From Alphaproteobacteria bacterium (GTDB lineage Bacteria > Pseudomonadota > Alphaproteobacteria > UBA828): DNA of 64,000 nucleotides. Each line of letters opens with the position of its first letter. Position 1 is the stretch's first letter. This document shows positions 19,377-28,616 of the stretch, one piece after another. Made by a program: the position numbers and the translations under genes. The notes under the pieces were generated by a model. The model had not been told where the DNA came from and searched no databases. It was given only the letters and a program-made list of their open reading frames with translations. The stretch covers positions 8,518 to 72,517 of the forward strand of contig SHWC01000004.1 in the NCBI GenBank assembly GCA_009691045.1, in the 5' to 3' direction.

Positions 19377-19790
19377 TTACATAAAGGATATGTATCGACC
19401 CAGAAATACTGGTGTCCGACGAACCCAAGTCGGCATGACCGCCAATAGACGATCGCCCAGCGCGCGCAGCGGGGTTTGCCCCGCCTGATGATGGGACTGA
19501 TTCGCGTTCTGCTTGTTATGCGCGCCCTGGCTTGATGCCGCCGAGCCGCCCCGGCCGCGCGCGATCGCTTGGCTGGTTGTGGTCGGCAATCGGAACACCG
19601 TTGATTCGCGATAAACCTTGGCGGCGGCGTCGAACGCTTCCTTCACCACCTTGACGCCGATACATTGCCGACGGTCGTATAGTTCATGGGCCTCGGCGAT
19701 GGGCTGCTGCTCGGTGCGACAGCGGCTTTGAATCGTCCAGCGGCCACTGTTCAAGGTTTGCACCTCATACACTTCCGCGTTGCCAGACAT
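19377..19790 (-). CDS. Hypothetical protein with a structured N-terminal ~70 aa and a low-complexity basic tail
   Basis: 137-aa ORF. GGGAG lies about 9 nt upstream of the ATG. It has its own upstream terminator and intergenic regions. I recognise no family. Confidence 0.55.
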   Translation of the reverse strand: MSGNAEVYEVQTLNSGRWTIQSRCRTEQQPIAEAHELYDRRQCIGVKVVKEAFDAAAKVYRESTVFRLPTTTSQAIARGRGGSAASSQGAHNKQNANQSHHQAGQTPLRALGDRLLAVMPTWVRRTPVFLGRYISFM

Positions 19791-19873
19791 TCCACGAACT
19801 CCCTCTCGATGGAGCGCTACCCCACCGCAACCCGCTGCTGTTGCGCCATCGGGAATGTTGGCAGCCAGGCGTT

Positions 19874-19906
19874 AAAAAATGGTTGGTCGGGCACCCGCGT
19901 TAACCA
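19874..19906 (-). terminator. Rho-independent terminator downstream of the nucleoside hydrolase gene
   Basis: On the minus strand: TGGTT AACG CGGG TG CCCG ACC AACCA followed by TTTTTT. It is preceded by the palindrome AAGCGAAGTCGCTT, which overlaps the stop codon. Confidence 0.6.
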
Positions 19907-19918
19907 AAGCGACTTCGC

Positions 19919-20935
19919 TTAAGGTAAACGGGCCAGCGCCTCGGCGATCAGCGTGAAATAGCCCTCGGCATCAACCCGCTCCATGACCATGGAATTAACC
20001 TTATGTCCGTCGCGCGGCGCGCGGTCGCATCGCGTCCGGCCGAGGTCGATCGGGTCTGACACGTCGACCTCGACATGCATTTGATGCCCGGCGAAAAGAC
20101 CCGGCGCGAGCAAATAGGCGATGACGCAAGGGTCGTGGAGGGGGGCGCCTGCCAAGTCACCCCTCCCCGCCGCGGCGTAGCGCGCGGAATAGAAGCGCAA
20201 GAGACCCGCCACCGCCAAGGCGGCTTTGGTTCCCTTAGCGGCGATGCGCTCGATCCGGGCCGGCGTGGCCGGCGCCTGGTGGGTAACATCCAGTCCGATC
20301 ATCGTCAGGTCCAAACCAGCGCCGAATACCACCGCCGCGGCATGGGGGTCGGCATAGACGTTGAATTCCGCCACGGGCGTGACATTACCCGCCCCGATCG
20401 TACCCCCCATCATCACGAGCCGCTCAATCTTACCCGCGATATCGGGCGCCATCACGAGCGCGGTCGCGAGATTGGTGAGCGGCCCGAGCGTCGCGAGCGT
20501 GACCGATTGCTTTGCGGTGCGTAAGGTCTCGATCAACCAGACCACCGCATGGCGAGGGTCAAGCGGCTGAATCGGCACAGGCAGATCGGCGCCTTCAAGC
20601 CCACCTTCACCGTGGATATGAGCGGCGCTTCGCGGGCTGACCAACATCGGCCGCGGGCAGCCGGCAAAGACCGGAAGATCGGCGCGGCCCGCGAGCTCGC
20701 GAATGACGCAGGCATTATGGGCAGTGAGCGAGAGCGGCACATTGCCGGCGACGACCGTGACGCCAAGGAGATCGAAAGCCGCCGGGTTCGCCATGGCGAG
20801 CAAGAGCGCGACGGCATCGTCCTGCCCCGGATCGCAATCGATGATGAGCGGTCTCGGCACGGCGGCGATCAGCCCGCGACGATGACGTAGAGCCCGGCCC
20901 CAACCATCAGCGCGCCGCCGACGCGCGCGATCCAT
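19919..20935 (-). CDS. Nucleoside hydrolase (inosine/uridine-preferring family)
   Basis: It has the IIDCDPGQDDAVALLLA (DxDxxxDD) motif. The true start may be the GTG at 20860, 8 nt after the DUF2182 stop, rather than 20935, which overlaps DUF2182 by 67 nt. Confidence 0.88.
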   Translation of the reverse strand: MDRARRRRADGWGRALRHRRGLIAAVPRPLIIDCDPGQDDAVALLLAMANPAAFDLLGVTVVAGNVPLSLTAHNACVIRELAGRADLPVFAGCPRPMLVSPRSAAHIHGEGGLEGADLPVPIQPLDPRHAVVWLIETLRTAKQSVTLATLGPLTNLATALVMAPDIAGKIERLVMMGGTIGAGNVTPVAEFNVYADPHAAAVVFGAGLDLTMIGLDVTHQAPATPARIERIAAKGTKAALAVAGLLRFYSARYAAAGRGDLAGAPLHDPCVIAYLLAPGLFAGHQMHVEVDVSDPIDLGRTRCDRAPRDGHKVNSMVMERVDAEGYFTLIAEALARLP

Positions 20936-21681
20936 TCACCTTTGGGCGCGATCTTCTCAAGGAGGACGAGCGCTGCCAGCGCGGCGACCCACGGCAACGC
21001 CATGACGCCCGCGACAAACAGGAGCGCCATTAAGAGCCAGCAACAACCCAAACAAAACGCCCCATGGCGTGCGCCCATGAGGAGCGCGCCACGCCTTCCC
21101 GCGCGCCACTGTGAAACGAAGAAGCCCACCGGGGAGCGACATTTGGTCAGGCAGAATTGTTTGAGCGGGGTCCATTGATAAAGCCCTGCTGCGATCAAAA
21201 CCCCGCCGGCGATCGGTCCACTGCGGATTGCCATCGCCTCGCCCGATAGCACGCCTTCTTGCAACGCCACTTGCGCGGCGGCGGCGATGAGCGAGAAGCC
21301 ACTCCAAACCAGCAAATAGCCCAAGGCAAAGGCGCCCGCGCTAAAGGCTGATTTGTTGCCCGGCTCACGCGCTTTTGTCAGCCGTGCCGCCATCACGATC
21401 ATCGGGCTCGCGCTCGGCAGCATCATGCCGATCATCATCACGATCCACATCGCGGCGAGCAGGCCGAATGACATTGACGCCATAGCCATGCCATCCATGC
21501 CCGGCATGTCGGCCATATCGAACATACCGGACATCGTCGGCGTCGCCATCTCGAACGTCGCCAAATAGATCCAAGCCAGCGCGATGATCAGCGCCAGCGC
21601 ACCGAGTATGACCAGACGTTCAGGTCGCGGCAGCGCTTTGGGCTCGACCGAAGCGCGGAGCTCGTCAGGCGCTTCGCTCAT
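20869..21681 (-). CDS. DUF2182 domain-containing membrane protein (predicted metal-binding integral membrane protein)
   Basis: 270 aa and polytopic, with a Met-rich loop (MSGMFDMADMPGMDGMAMASM) and CxxxC-like cysteines. It shows the classic pairing with an upstream DUF1326 gene. Confidence 0.7.
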   Translation of the reverse strand: MSEAPDELRASVEPKALPRPERLVILGALALIIALAWIYLATFEMATPTMSGMFDMADMPGMDGMAMASMSFGLLAAMWIVMMIGMMLPSASPMIVMAARLTKAREPGNKSAFSAGAFALGYLLVWSGFSLIAAAAQVALQEGVLSGEAMAIRSGPIAGGVLIAAGLYQWTPLKQFCLTKCRSPVGFFVSQWRAGRRGALLMGARHGAFCLGCCWLLMALLFVAGVMALPWVAALAALVLLEKIAPKGEWIARVGGALMVGAGLYVIVAG

Positions 21682-21709
21682 CGGATGACGACCGAAGTTC
21701 CGCTGCCGC

Positions 21710-22336
21710 CTAGGCGGCCCAATTGAATGGCGCGAAATGCGCGTTATGGCCGCCCTTCACATCGTCCCAATCGATCCCAAACGCGTGCAAGCGGCTCTTT
21801 GTGCCGCGCGCCAAAGCGAGCCGCGTATTGGCGGGATGACCCGCATTGTCGATATAGATCGGCTTGCCGGGCACCGGCAGGCTCTCCACCGCCACGGCCC
21901 GCTGCTCAAGCACGCCCGGCACATTGATCGAGAACGACATCTTTTTCTTTTCAAGTGTGAAATTGCCCCGCATCGTGCCGGCGAATTCGCCGACCAACGG
22001 CGCCATCATCGCCATCGGCCCGCCAACCTCGCCCGAGCAAATCGCTTCAATGGCTGCCGCCTGTTTTTCGGAGGCCCGCTCATCGATGATCAAACCAACC
22101 CGCCAATTGCCATTACCCATCGGGCCGGGCGCATGGCCGAGCACGGCAAATATCAAGCCATCAAGCGCGAGCCGGCCATAGCTCCCTTTTTTTATCTGGA
22201 ACACCATGGAGACCTTGCATTCGCCATCGGTCGGCATGGCTTCCATGCGAGTAAAAATGCACGGGCACAAATAGTCGCAGCTACAGGTTTCGAAATAATC
22301 GCCCTTGAGCGCCCACTTTGTTTTCGCCATCGCCAC
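21710..22336 (-). CDS. DUF1326 domain-containing protein
   Basis: 208 aa. The N-terminal W.LKGDYFETCSCDYLCPCIF cysteine motif is typical of DUF1326. Confidence 0.75.
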   Translation of the reverse strand: MAMAKTKWALKGDYFETCSCDYLCPCIFTRMEAMPTDGECKVSMVFQIKKGSYGRLALDGLIFAVLGHAPGPMGNGNWRVGLIIDERASEKQAAAIEAICSGEVGGPMAMMAPLVGEFAGTMRGNFTLEKKKMSFSINVPGVLEQRAVAVESLPVPGKPIYIDNAGHPANTRLALARGTKSRLHAFGIDWDDVKGGHNAHFAPFNWAA

Positions 22337-22392
22337 GCCCTCCCCCGGTCGGCCATGAAGGTCTGCTTGAACGGCAGTCTAGCACACCCAAA

Positions 22393-22836
22393 TCAAAGCA
22401 GGCCGAGCGTCCTTAATTCGGCGATCAGTGCGGGTGGCATCGCGCCCAGCTCGGCGCGGGCCCGCTCGGCCAGGTCGGGCGGCGCGTCGCTCGCGGCAAA
22501 ATAACGCCAGCCTTGATGCGGCCGGCGTGATTGCGGCAAGACCTCGACCACTTTGGGGTCTAGTACCAGCGCGCAAGCGACGTCGCCCTCATCATCCACC
22601 ACCGGCCCAATCGCCTTGATGCCCTGGCGGCACAGCACCTGATGGCGAATGATCCAATAGAGCGATCCGCCATCTAAAATCTCATCGGCCTGCTTTGGCA
22701 TGAAGCGGGTAATGTGTTGGAGCTTCGGCCGCGTTTGCCCGCCGGCCCGCAAATCAGCCAGTCGTTGCTTTTGCCAGTCGCGCAAATCGGCGACGCTATC
22801 GCAGCCGACCGCGACCTTGATCAAATGAAGGGTCAT
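22393..22836 (-). CDS. DUF1489 family protein
   Basis: 147 aa. It has MTLHLIKVAVGCDS...GGSLYWIIRHQV, which matches my memory of DUF1489. Confidence 0.6.
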   Translation of the reverse strand: MTLHLIKVAVGCDSVADLRDWQKQRLADLRAGGQTRPKLQHITRFMPKQADEILDGGSLYWIIRHQVLCRQGIKAIGPVVDDEGDVACALVLDPKVVEVLPQSRRPHQGWRYFAASDAPPDLAERARAELGAMPPALIAELRTLGLL

Positions 22837-22838
22837 CT

Positions 22839-23630
22839 TTAGGTCTGCCAGCTCGATTTGCGCTTTTCAAGAAAGGCCGACATCCCCTCACGCGCCTCGG
22901 TGGAGACCCGCACGCGCGCGATCCGGCGTGCCGTTTCCGCCGCGAGACCGCGCTCGATCGGCCGGTCCCGCACCGCGTCGATCAGGCTCTTGATTTCGGC
23001 CTGGGCTTGCGGCCCCCCTTGTAGCAATTGTTTGACAAGCGCATCGCCCCGCACCTGGAGCGCCTCGTCGGGCACGACATCATGCACGAGGCCAATACGC
23101 TCCGCCTCGGCCGCATCGAAACGCTCGCCAGTCAGAAAATAACGGCTGGCGCGCCGCGCGCCGATCGCATTGATGACAAACGGGCTGATCACCGATGGGA
23201 TCAAACCAAGCCGCACTTCGGCGATCGAAAAAGTCGCGTTTTCGGCCGCGATCGCAATGTCGCAGGCTGACATCAACCCGACTCCGCCCGCGATGGCCGC
23301 GCCCTGAACAAGCGCGATCGTCGGCTTCGGCAGCGCGTGGAGGAGATGAAGCATTTCGGCCAGCGCCTCGGCATCGGCGAAATTCTCCGCTTCGCTATAG
23401 CCCGCCATGCCGCGCATATAATTGAGATCGGCGCCGGCGCAAAAGCTTTTGCCCCGTGAGGCCAAAACAACCACGCGGACATCATCATCATCGGCCAGTA
23501 ATTTGAGCTCACGCGTCAACGCTGCGATCAAGGCGCCATTGAACGCGTTATGAATCTCCGGCCGATTAAGCGTGATCGTCGCGGTCTCGCCATGCTGGGT
23601 GAGCAGAAGCAAATCGTCAGACATCGCCAT
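22839..23630 (-). CDS. liuC: Enoyl-CoA hydratase/isomerase family protein, probably methylglutaconyl-CoA hydratase
   Basis: 263 aa with crotonase fold motifs (FCAGADL, GAAIAGGVGL). It abuts the mccB stop with zero spacing. Confidence 0.65.
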   Translation of the reverse strand: MAMSDDLLLLTQHGETATITLNRPEIHNAFNGALIAALTRELKLLADDDDVRVVVLASRGKSFCAGADLNYMRGMAGYSEAENFADAEALAEMLHLLHALPKPTIALVQGAAIAGGVGLMSACDIAIAAENATFSIAEVRLGLIPSVISPFVINAIGARRASRYFLTGERFDAAEAERIGLVHDVVPDEALQVRGDALVKQLLQGGPQAQAEIKSLIDAVRDRPIERGLAAETARRIARVRVSTEAREGMSAFLEKRKSSWQT

Positions 23631-25235
23631 CTACATCCTAAAAACGCCGAAGCGCGTGCGCCGCATGGGGGCGTTCCCGGCCGCGTCAAGGGCCAAACCA
23701 AGCACGCCCCGCGTATCGGCCGGATCGATTACGCCATCATCCCACAGGCGCGCCGAGGCGAAATAAGGATGCCCCTGTTTGTCATATTGCGCGAGCACCG
23801 GCGCCTTGAAGGCGGCTTCCTCGGCCTCGGGCCAATTGCCGCCATCGCCCTCGATACGGTCGCGCTTGACCCGCGCGAGCACACTCGCCGCCTGCTCGCC
23901 ACCCATGACCGAAATCCGCGCGTTCGGCCACATCCAGAGGAAACGCGGGCTATAAGCGCGTCCACACATGCCGTAATTGCCGGCGCCAAACGAGCCGCCG
24001 ATGATGACGGTGAATTTCGGCACTTCCGCCGCGGCCACAGCCATGACGAGCTTGGCGCCGTCCTTGGCGATGCCGCCCGCTTCATAGCGCTTGCCCACCA
24101 TGAATCCGACGATGTTTTGCAAAAACACCAGCGGTATGCCGCGCTGGCAACAGAGCTCGATGAAATGCGTGCCCTTCAGCGCGGATTCTGAAAACAAGAT
24201 TCCATTATTGGCCAGTATGCCGACCAAATGCCCTTCGATCTCGGCAAAGCCGGTGACCAACGTCGTGCCATAGCGCGCCTTGAACTCATCGAACCCGCTG
24301 CCATCGACAATGCGCGCGATCACTTCGCGCGGATTATAGATTTTCCGCAGGCTCGTCGGTACGATGCCGTAGATCTCTTTCGGGTCATAGGCAGGCAGCG
24401 CGGCGGTTTTGGCCTGTGCTTTGCGCGGCGCACCGCTGAGGCGCGCCATGATCCGGCGCGCGCGGTCGATGGCGTCCTGGTCATTCTCGGCCAAATGGTC
24501 GGCAACGCCCGAGATGCGGGTATGCACATCGGCGCCGCCGAGCTCTTCGGCCGTTACCACCTCACCGGTCGCCGCCTTCACCAGTGGCGGGCCACCCAAG
24601 AAGATCGTGCCTTGGTTTTTCACGATGATGGTCTCGTCCGACATGGCCGGCACATAGGCGCCGCCTGCCGTGCACGAGCCCATGACCAACGCCACTTGCG
24701 GAATGCCGGCCGCCGACATGCGGGCCTGGTTATAAAAAATCCGTCCGAAATGATCGCGGTCGGGAAACACCTCGTCCTGAAACGGCAGATTGGCGCCACC
24801 GGAATCGACCAGATAAACGCACGGCAAATGGTTCTCGGCCGCGATCTCCTGAGCGCGCAAATGCTTCTTCACGGTGAGCGGAAAATAGGTGCCGCCCTTG
24901 ACCGTCGCATCGTTCGCGATAATCACGCAGTGTCGGCCGGCGATTTGCCCAACGCCGGTAATGATGCCGGCGGCCGGCACCTCACCGTCATAAAGCCCAT
25001 GAGCCGCCAGCGGCGAAAGCTCAAGAAAGCGCGAGCCCGGATCGATCAGCGCCTCGACACGCTGCCGCGGCAAGAGTTTGCCGCGCTCGGTGTGGCGGTC
25101 GCGCGAGGCTTGATCGCCGCCCAGCCTGATGGCGGCGAGCTTGGTATCAAGATCGCCGACCAGCGCCGACATCGCCTTGGCGTTTTCCGCGAAGACATCG
25201 GATTTTGTGTCGAGCGTCGAATTGATGGGGAGCAT
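23631..25235 (-). CDS. mccB: 3-methylcrotonyl-CoA carboxylase beta (carboxyltransferase) subunit
   Basis: 534 aa. It has [20 protein letters not shown] and [14 protein letters not shown], and the length and N-terminus are typical of MccB. Confidence 0.88.
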   Translation of the reverse strand: MLPINSTLDTKSDVFAENAKAMSALVGDLDTKLAAIRLGGDQASRDRHTERGKLLPRQRVEALIDPGSRFLELSPLAAHGLYDGEVPAAGIITGVGQIAGRHCVIIANDATVKGGTYFPLTVKKHLRAQEIAAENHLPCVYLVDSGGANLPFQDEVFPDRDHFGRIFYNQARMSAAGIPQVALVMGSCTAGGAYVPAMSDETIIVKNQGTIFLGGPPLVKAATGEVVTAEELGGADVHTRISGVADHLAENDQDAIDRARRIMARLSGAPRKAQAKTAALPAYDPKEIYGIVPTSLRKIYNPREVIARIVDGSGFDEFKARYGTTLVTGFAEIEGHLVGILANNGILFSESALKGTHFIELCCQRGIPLVFLQNIVGFMVGKRYEAGGIAKDGAKLVMAVAAAEVPKFTVIIGGSFGAGNYGMCGRAYSPRFLWMWPNARISVMGGEQAASVLARVKRDRIEGDGGNWPEAEEAAFKAPVLAQYDKQGHPYFASARLWDDGVIDPADTRGVLGLALDAAGNAPMRRTRFGVFRM

Positions 25236-25301
25236 GATGGCCTGGATGCAATGGCCGGCCTAAATTAGCTGGCGGTCCCCCTCCTGCGAAGAGAATTCCC
25301 G

Positions 25302-26267
25302 ATGGAGCCCTTGAATCTGGAGGCCTTGGAGGCGGCGGCGGCGATCGTGCACCGGGTCATGGCCCCGACTCCGCATTATCCATGGCCGCTGCTCTCCCAG
25401 CGGACGGGCTGCACGGTCTGGCTCAAGCACGAAAACGCGGCGCCGACCGGGGCCTTTAAGGTCCGTGGCGGCCTGGTCCACCTGGAGCGCCTGAAGCGTG
25501 ACCGAGCGGGCCTGAAGGGGGTCGTCGCGGCCACGCGCGGTAATCACGGCCAAAGCGTCGCCTTTGCCGCCGCGCGCCTTGGCCTCGAGGCCCGGATCGT
25601 CGTGCCCCATGGCAATTCACCCGACAAGAACCGGGCCATGCGCGCGCTCGGCGCCACGCTCGTCGAGCACGGTCATGACTTTCAAGCCGCGCTCGAAGAA
25701 GCGGAGCGTTTGGCGGGCGATGACAACATCGCCTTTGTACGTTCGTTCCACCCTGACCTTGTGGCCGGCGTCGCGAGCTACGCCTTGGAGCTATTCCGCG
25801 CCGCGCCTGGCCTCGACGCGGTCTATGTGCCGATCGGTTTGGGCTCGGGTATTTGCGGCGTGATCGCGGCGCGCGATGCGCTCGGCCTCAAAACGGAAGT
25901 GATCGGCGTGGTGAGCGAGGGCGCCCCGGCCTATGCACTGTCATTCGCGGCGGGCAAAGCGGTTTCAACCAACCGCGCCGATACCATGGCCGATGGTCTG
26001 GCCTGCCGCGTGCCGGTGCCAGAAGCGCTGGCGCTGATCAAGCGTGGCACAAGCGATGTCGTGACCGTCAGCGACGCGGCCATCCTCGAGGCGATCGGGC
26101 TCTTGTTCAGCGATACGCATCAAATCGCCGAGGGCGCCGCCGCGGCGCCGCTTGCCGCACTGCTTCAAGAGCGCGGTCGCATGGCGGGGAAGACCGTCGG
26201 CTTGATTATCTCCGGCGGCAATATCGACGCCGATCTCTATCGCCAGGCTCTGGCCACGCTGGATTAG
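25302..26267 (+). CDS. PLP-dependent threonine/serine dehydratase family protein
   Basis: 321 aa. It has LKHENAAPTGAFKVRGG (PLP lysine), ATRGNHGQSVAFAA and GLGSG motifs. Confidence 0.85.
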   Translation: MEPLNLEALEAAAAIVHRVMAPTPHYPWPLLSQRTGCTVWLKHENAAPTGAFKVRGGLVHLERLKRDRAGLKGVVAATRGNHGQSVAFAAARLGLEARIVVPHGNSPDKNRAMRALGATLVEHGHDFQAALEEAERLAGDDNIAFVRSFHPDLVAGVASYALELFRAAPGLDAVYVPIGLGSGICGVIAARDALGLKTEVIGVVSEGAPAYALSFAAGKAVSTNRADTMADGLACRVPVPEALALIKRGTSDVVTVSDAAILEAIGLLFSDTHQIAEGAAAAPLAALLQERGRMAGKTVGLIISGGNIDADLYRQALATLD

Positions 26268-26368
26268 CCGAGTTCGACAATCAGCCGTCGCATAATGGCC
26301 CCAGCGCCCTCATCGGTCGTGCGCGCAACGCTTTGGCCGACCAACATCTGCGCGAGATCGGTCCGCTT

Positions 26369-27313
26369 TTAGGCGGCGGCCTGCATAAAGGGTTGGGTAA
26401 GCGCACCCATGACCGGATAGGCCGGGAGCGACGCTTCGTGCGCGCTCATCTCGGTGACATAGCGGTTCCGGATCATGCGCGCATAGCGCCCACTATAGAC
26501 CCGCACGATTGTGGTTGGTTTGTCCGCCGCGTCGAGGACGTTCGCGCGGTAGACCGGGTTGACGGCGCTGTTCTCCGGGCAACCGAGAAACGCCGTGCCG
26601 ATTTGCGCCGCCGAGGCCCCGAGCCCGAGCGCGGCGCGAATGCCGCGACCGTCCATGATGCCGCCCGCCGCGATCACCGGCACGCGCACCGCGCCCGCGA
26701 TCACCGGTATAAGCGCCATAAGTCCGATCAGACTATCCTCGAACGGGCCGATGAACGTGCCGCGATGACCGCCCGCCTCGCCACCTTGCGCGACGATGGC
26801 ATCGACGCCCGCCTCTTCGAGCGCGCGGGCCTCGGCGACATTGGTCGCGGTGCCGATGGTCATCGCGCCACTCGCGCGCACCCGACGCATCGCATCGACC
26901 GGCAACAGGTTGAAGGTGAAACTCACCACCGGTGGTTTCTCATCGAGCACCGCCGAAAGCTGGTCATCAAAACAATAGGGTGGCTTGACCGGTGGCGCCG
27001 GCACCTCATCAAGCCCGACCTCGCGATAATAGGGTTCGAGCAAGCGCCGCGCGGTCTCGATCTTGGCGGCGTCCACGATCACCGGGAGCGGCGCAAATAA
27101 ATTGACCGCGAAAAGCCGATTGGTCTTGGCACGCACCTCGCGAATGGCCGTCGTGATGGCATCTGGCGCGAGCCGCGCGGCACCGATGCTACCAAGCCCG
27201 CCCTCATTGGAAACGGCGGCGACCAAAGCGGGCGTCGAGGCGTTCGCCATCGGCGCCAAGATGATCGGGTGATTAAGTGCAAGCCGGCCGAACAGTCGAT
27301 CTTTAGCGGGCAT
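26369..27313 (-). CDS. Nitronate monooxygenase (2-nitropropane dioxygenase-like)
   Basis: 314 aa. It has ILAPMANAS, AQGGEAGGHRG and AAGGIMDGRG motifs. Confidence 0.85.
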   Translation of the reverse strand: MPAKDRLFGRLALNHPIILAPMANASTPALVAAVSNEGGLGSIGAARLAPDAITTAIREVRAKTNRLFAVNLFAPLPVIVDAAKIETARRLLEPYYREVGLDEVPAPPVKPPYCFDDQLSAVLDEKPPVVSFTFNLLPVDAMRRVRASGAMTIGTATNVAEARALEEAGVDAIVAQGGEAGGHRGTFIGPFEDSLIGLMALIPVIAGAVRVPVIAAGGIMDGRGIRAALGLGASAAQIGTAFLGCPENSAVNPVYRANVLDAADKPTTIVRVYSGRYARMIRNRYVTEMSAHEASLPAYPVMGALTQPFMQAAA

Positions 27314-27315
27314 GT

Positions 27316-27918
27316 CTACCAGCCTCCGGTCTCCAACCAGCGCTCGATCTGGTCGAGCCGATCAGAGCCCCAAAACGGCTCGCCATCGATAAAAACAAAG
27401 GGCGAGCCGAATACGCCGCGCGCAATGCCTTGATCGACCTCGCTCTTGAGACGCGCCTTGACGGCCGGGTCCTGCAAGGCCGCCGAAACTGCCGCGCGAT
27501 CGAGGCCGAGCGACGCGGCGATTTCGATCGCCTGTTCCGCTGGCTCGATTGGTTTGTCGTCAGCAAAATAGCGCCGATAGATCGCGCTCGCAAACGGTTT
27601 AGCCAAATCGGGGCGCGTATCGGCGAGCCAATAGAAAATTCGACAGGCGGACAGCGATGAGGTTGGAAATACGCTCGGCAACCGAAATAGAACGCCGAGC
27701 AGGCGCGCCGAGCGCATCATGTCGTGTTTCGAGTATTCACCCTTCATCGGATAGTCGAGCAAGGGCGCGGTGCCGACGATCTTGAAGGTCGCGCCGAGCA
27801 AGAAGGGCCGCCAGGTCACGGCGCGTCCGTGTCGCTTGCCGATCTCATCAATCCGTTCGCTCGCGAGATAGCCAAAAGGCGAGGAGAAGTCGAAATAAAA
27901 GTCGATCGGCGCGGCCAT
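27316..27918 (-). CDS. 2-hydroxychromene-2-carboxylate isomerase (DsbA-like thioredoxin fold)
   Basis: 200 aa. It has IDFYFDFSSPFGYLA and FGSPFVFIDGEPFWGSDRL motifs. Confidence 0.8.
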   Translation of the reverse strand: MAAPIDFYFDFSSPFGYLASERIDEIGKRHGRAVTWRPFLLGATFKIVGTAPLLDYPMKGEYSKHDMMRSARLLGVLFRLPSVFPTSSLSACRIFYWLADTRPDLAKPFASAIYRRYFADDKPIEPAEQAIEIAASLGLDRAAVSAALQDPAVKARLKSEVDQGIARGVFGSPFVFIDGEPFWGSDRLDQIERWLETGGW

Positions 27919-27946
27919 GATTGGGGTCTCCTCAGCCGGTTCTATG

Positions 27947-27969
27947 AAAAACCATGCGGCGACTGCCGC
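27947..27969 (-). terminator. Weak candidate terminator after the small secreted-protein gene
   Basis: On the minus strand: GCGGC-AGTC-GCCGC, then ATGGTTTTT. The stem is only 5 bp. Confidence 0.3.
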
Positions 27970-28008
27970 GCCCGATCAACGCCCATCCGCGCATGGCGGC
28001 CATGCGTC

Positions 28009-28362
28009 TTACTCAACCATCAGGGCTTTGGCCTCTTCTTCCTCAAGAAAAACATGCGCCAAATGGCAGCCGCCTTTGCTGGCCATCAACAAATAACGCG
28101 ATGGCACGGCATAATGGAACTGCACCGCGCTGGCCTCACCGATGAGCGGCGCCCACCCGAAGCGTCGAAGCAAGGTCTCAAGCCTGGTCTTTTCGCTGAC
28201 CGCCCATAATAGCTCGACGCGCACGCCTCGCCCGACCGAGGTGTACCCGATGACGGTCGAAGCCCGCGCGCAATTGAACGACGTCGCCGCATTAGCCGGA
28301 ACAGGCGGCACGAGACCCGTCAGGATGACGAGTCCGGCCAGGATCAAGACAACGGAACGCAT
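28009..28362 (-). CDS. Small secreted hypothetical protein
   Basis: I trimmed the 173-aa ORF to the internal ATG at 28362, which is preceded by GAGGAAATTC. The product, MRSVVLILAGLVILTGLVPPVPANA..., has a clear signal peptide. It is 117 aa and I recognise no family. Confidence 0.5.
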   Translation of the reverse strand: MRSVVLILAGLVILTGLVPPVPANAATSFNCARASTVIGYTSVGRGVRVELLWAVSEKTRLETLLRRFGWAPLIGEASAVQFHYAVPSRYLLMASKGGCHLAHVFLEEEEAKALMVE

Positions 28363-28616
28363 GAATTTCCTCGCTCTTCCTGATTCCCACCTGAGATGTG
28401 GGCAGGATTTCGTGGCGCGACCACTCCAGGGATCGTGGCTGTCGATCGCTTCATCGTGTCGACCATCGGCTTCAAGAGGCTCTACACCTTGAGGATCACG
28501 GGGCCGCTTAGCGAAGAAAGCCGTTCTCATTCGGCATCACCGCCCTTCCGATTCTCGGTGGGTTGCACCATGGGTATTCTCGAATATAGTTTTCCGTGGC
28601 GACAAAGGGGGAACCA

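Noticed and set aside
19743-19749. GCCACTG, a B12-box-like core
   Set aside because: It lies inside the coding sequence of the 137-aa ORF, with no cobalamin riboswitch context.
25853-27100. 415-aa plus-strand ORF spanning the threonine dehydratase 3' end and the opposite strand of the nitronate monooxygenase gene
   Set aside because: It is Arg-rich nonsense (RRGRRRGAACRTASRARSHGG...) and overlaps two genes with clear family motifs.
28009-28530. Full 173-aa version of the small minus-strand ORF
   Set aside because: The first 56 residues are Arg/Pro-rich with no SD. The internal ATG at 28362 has a GAGGA SD and yields a clean signal peptide.
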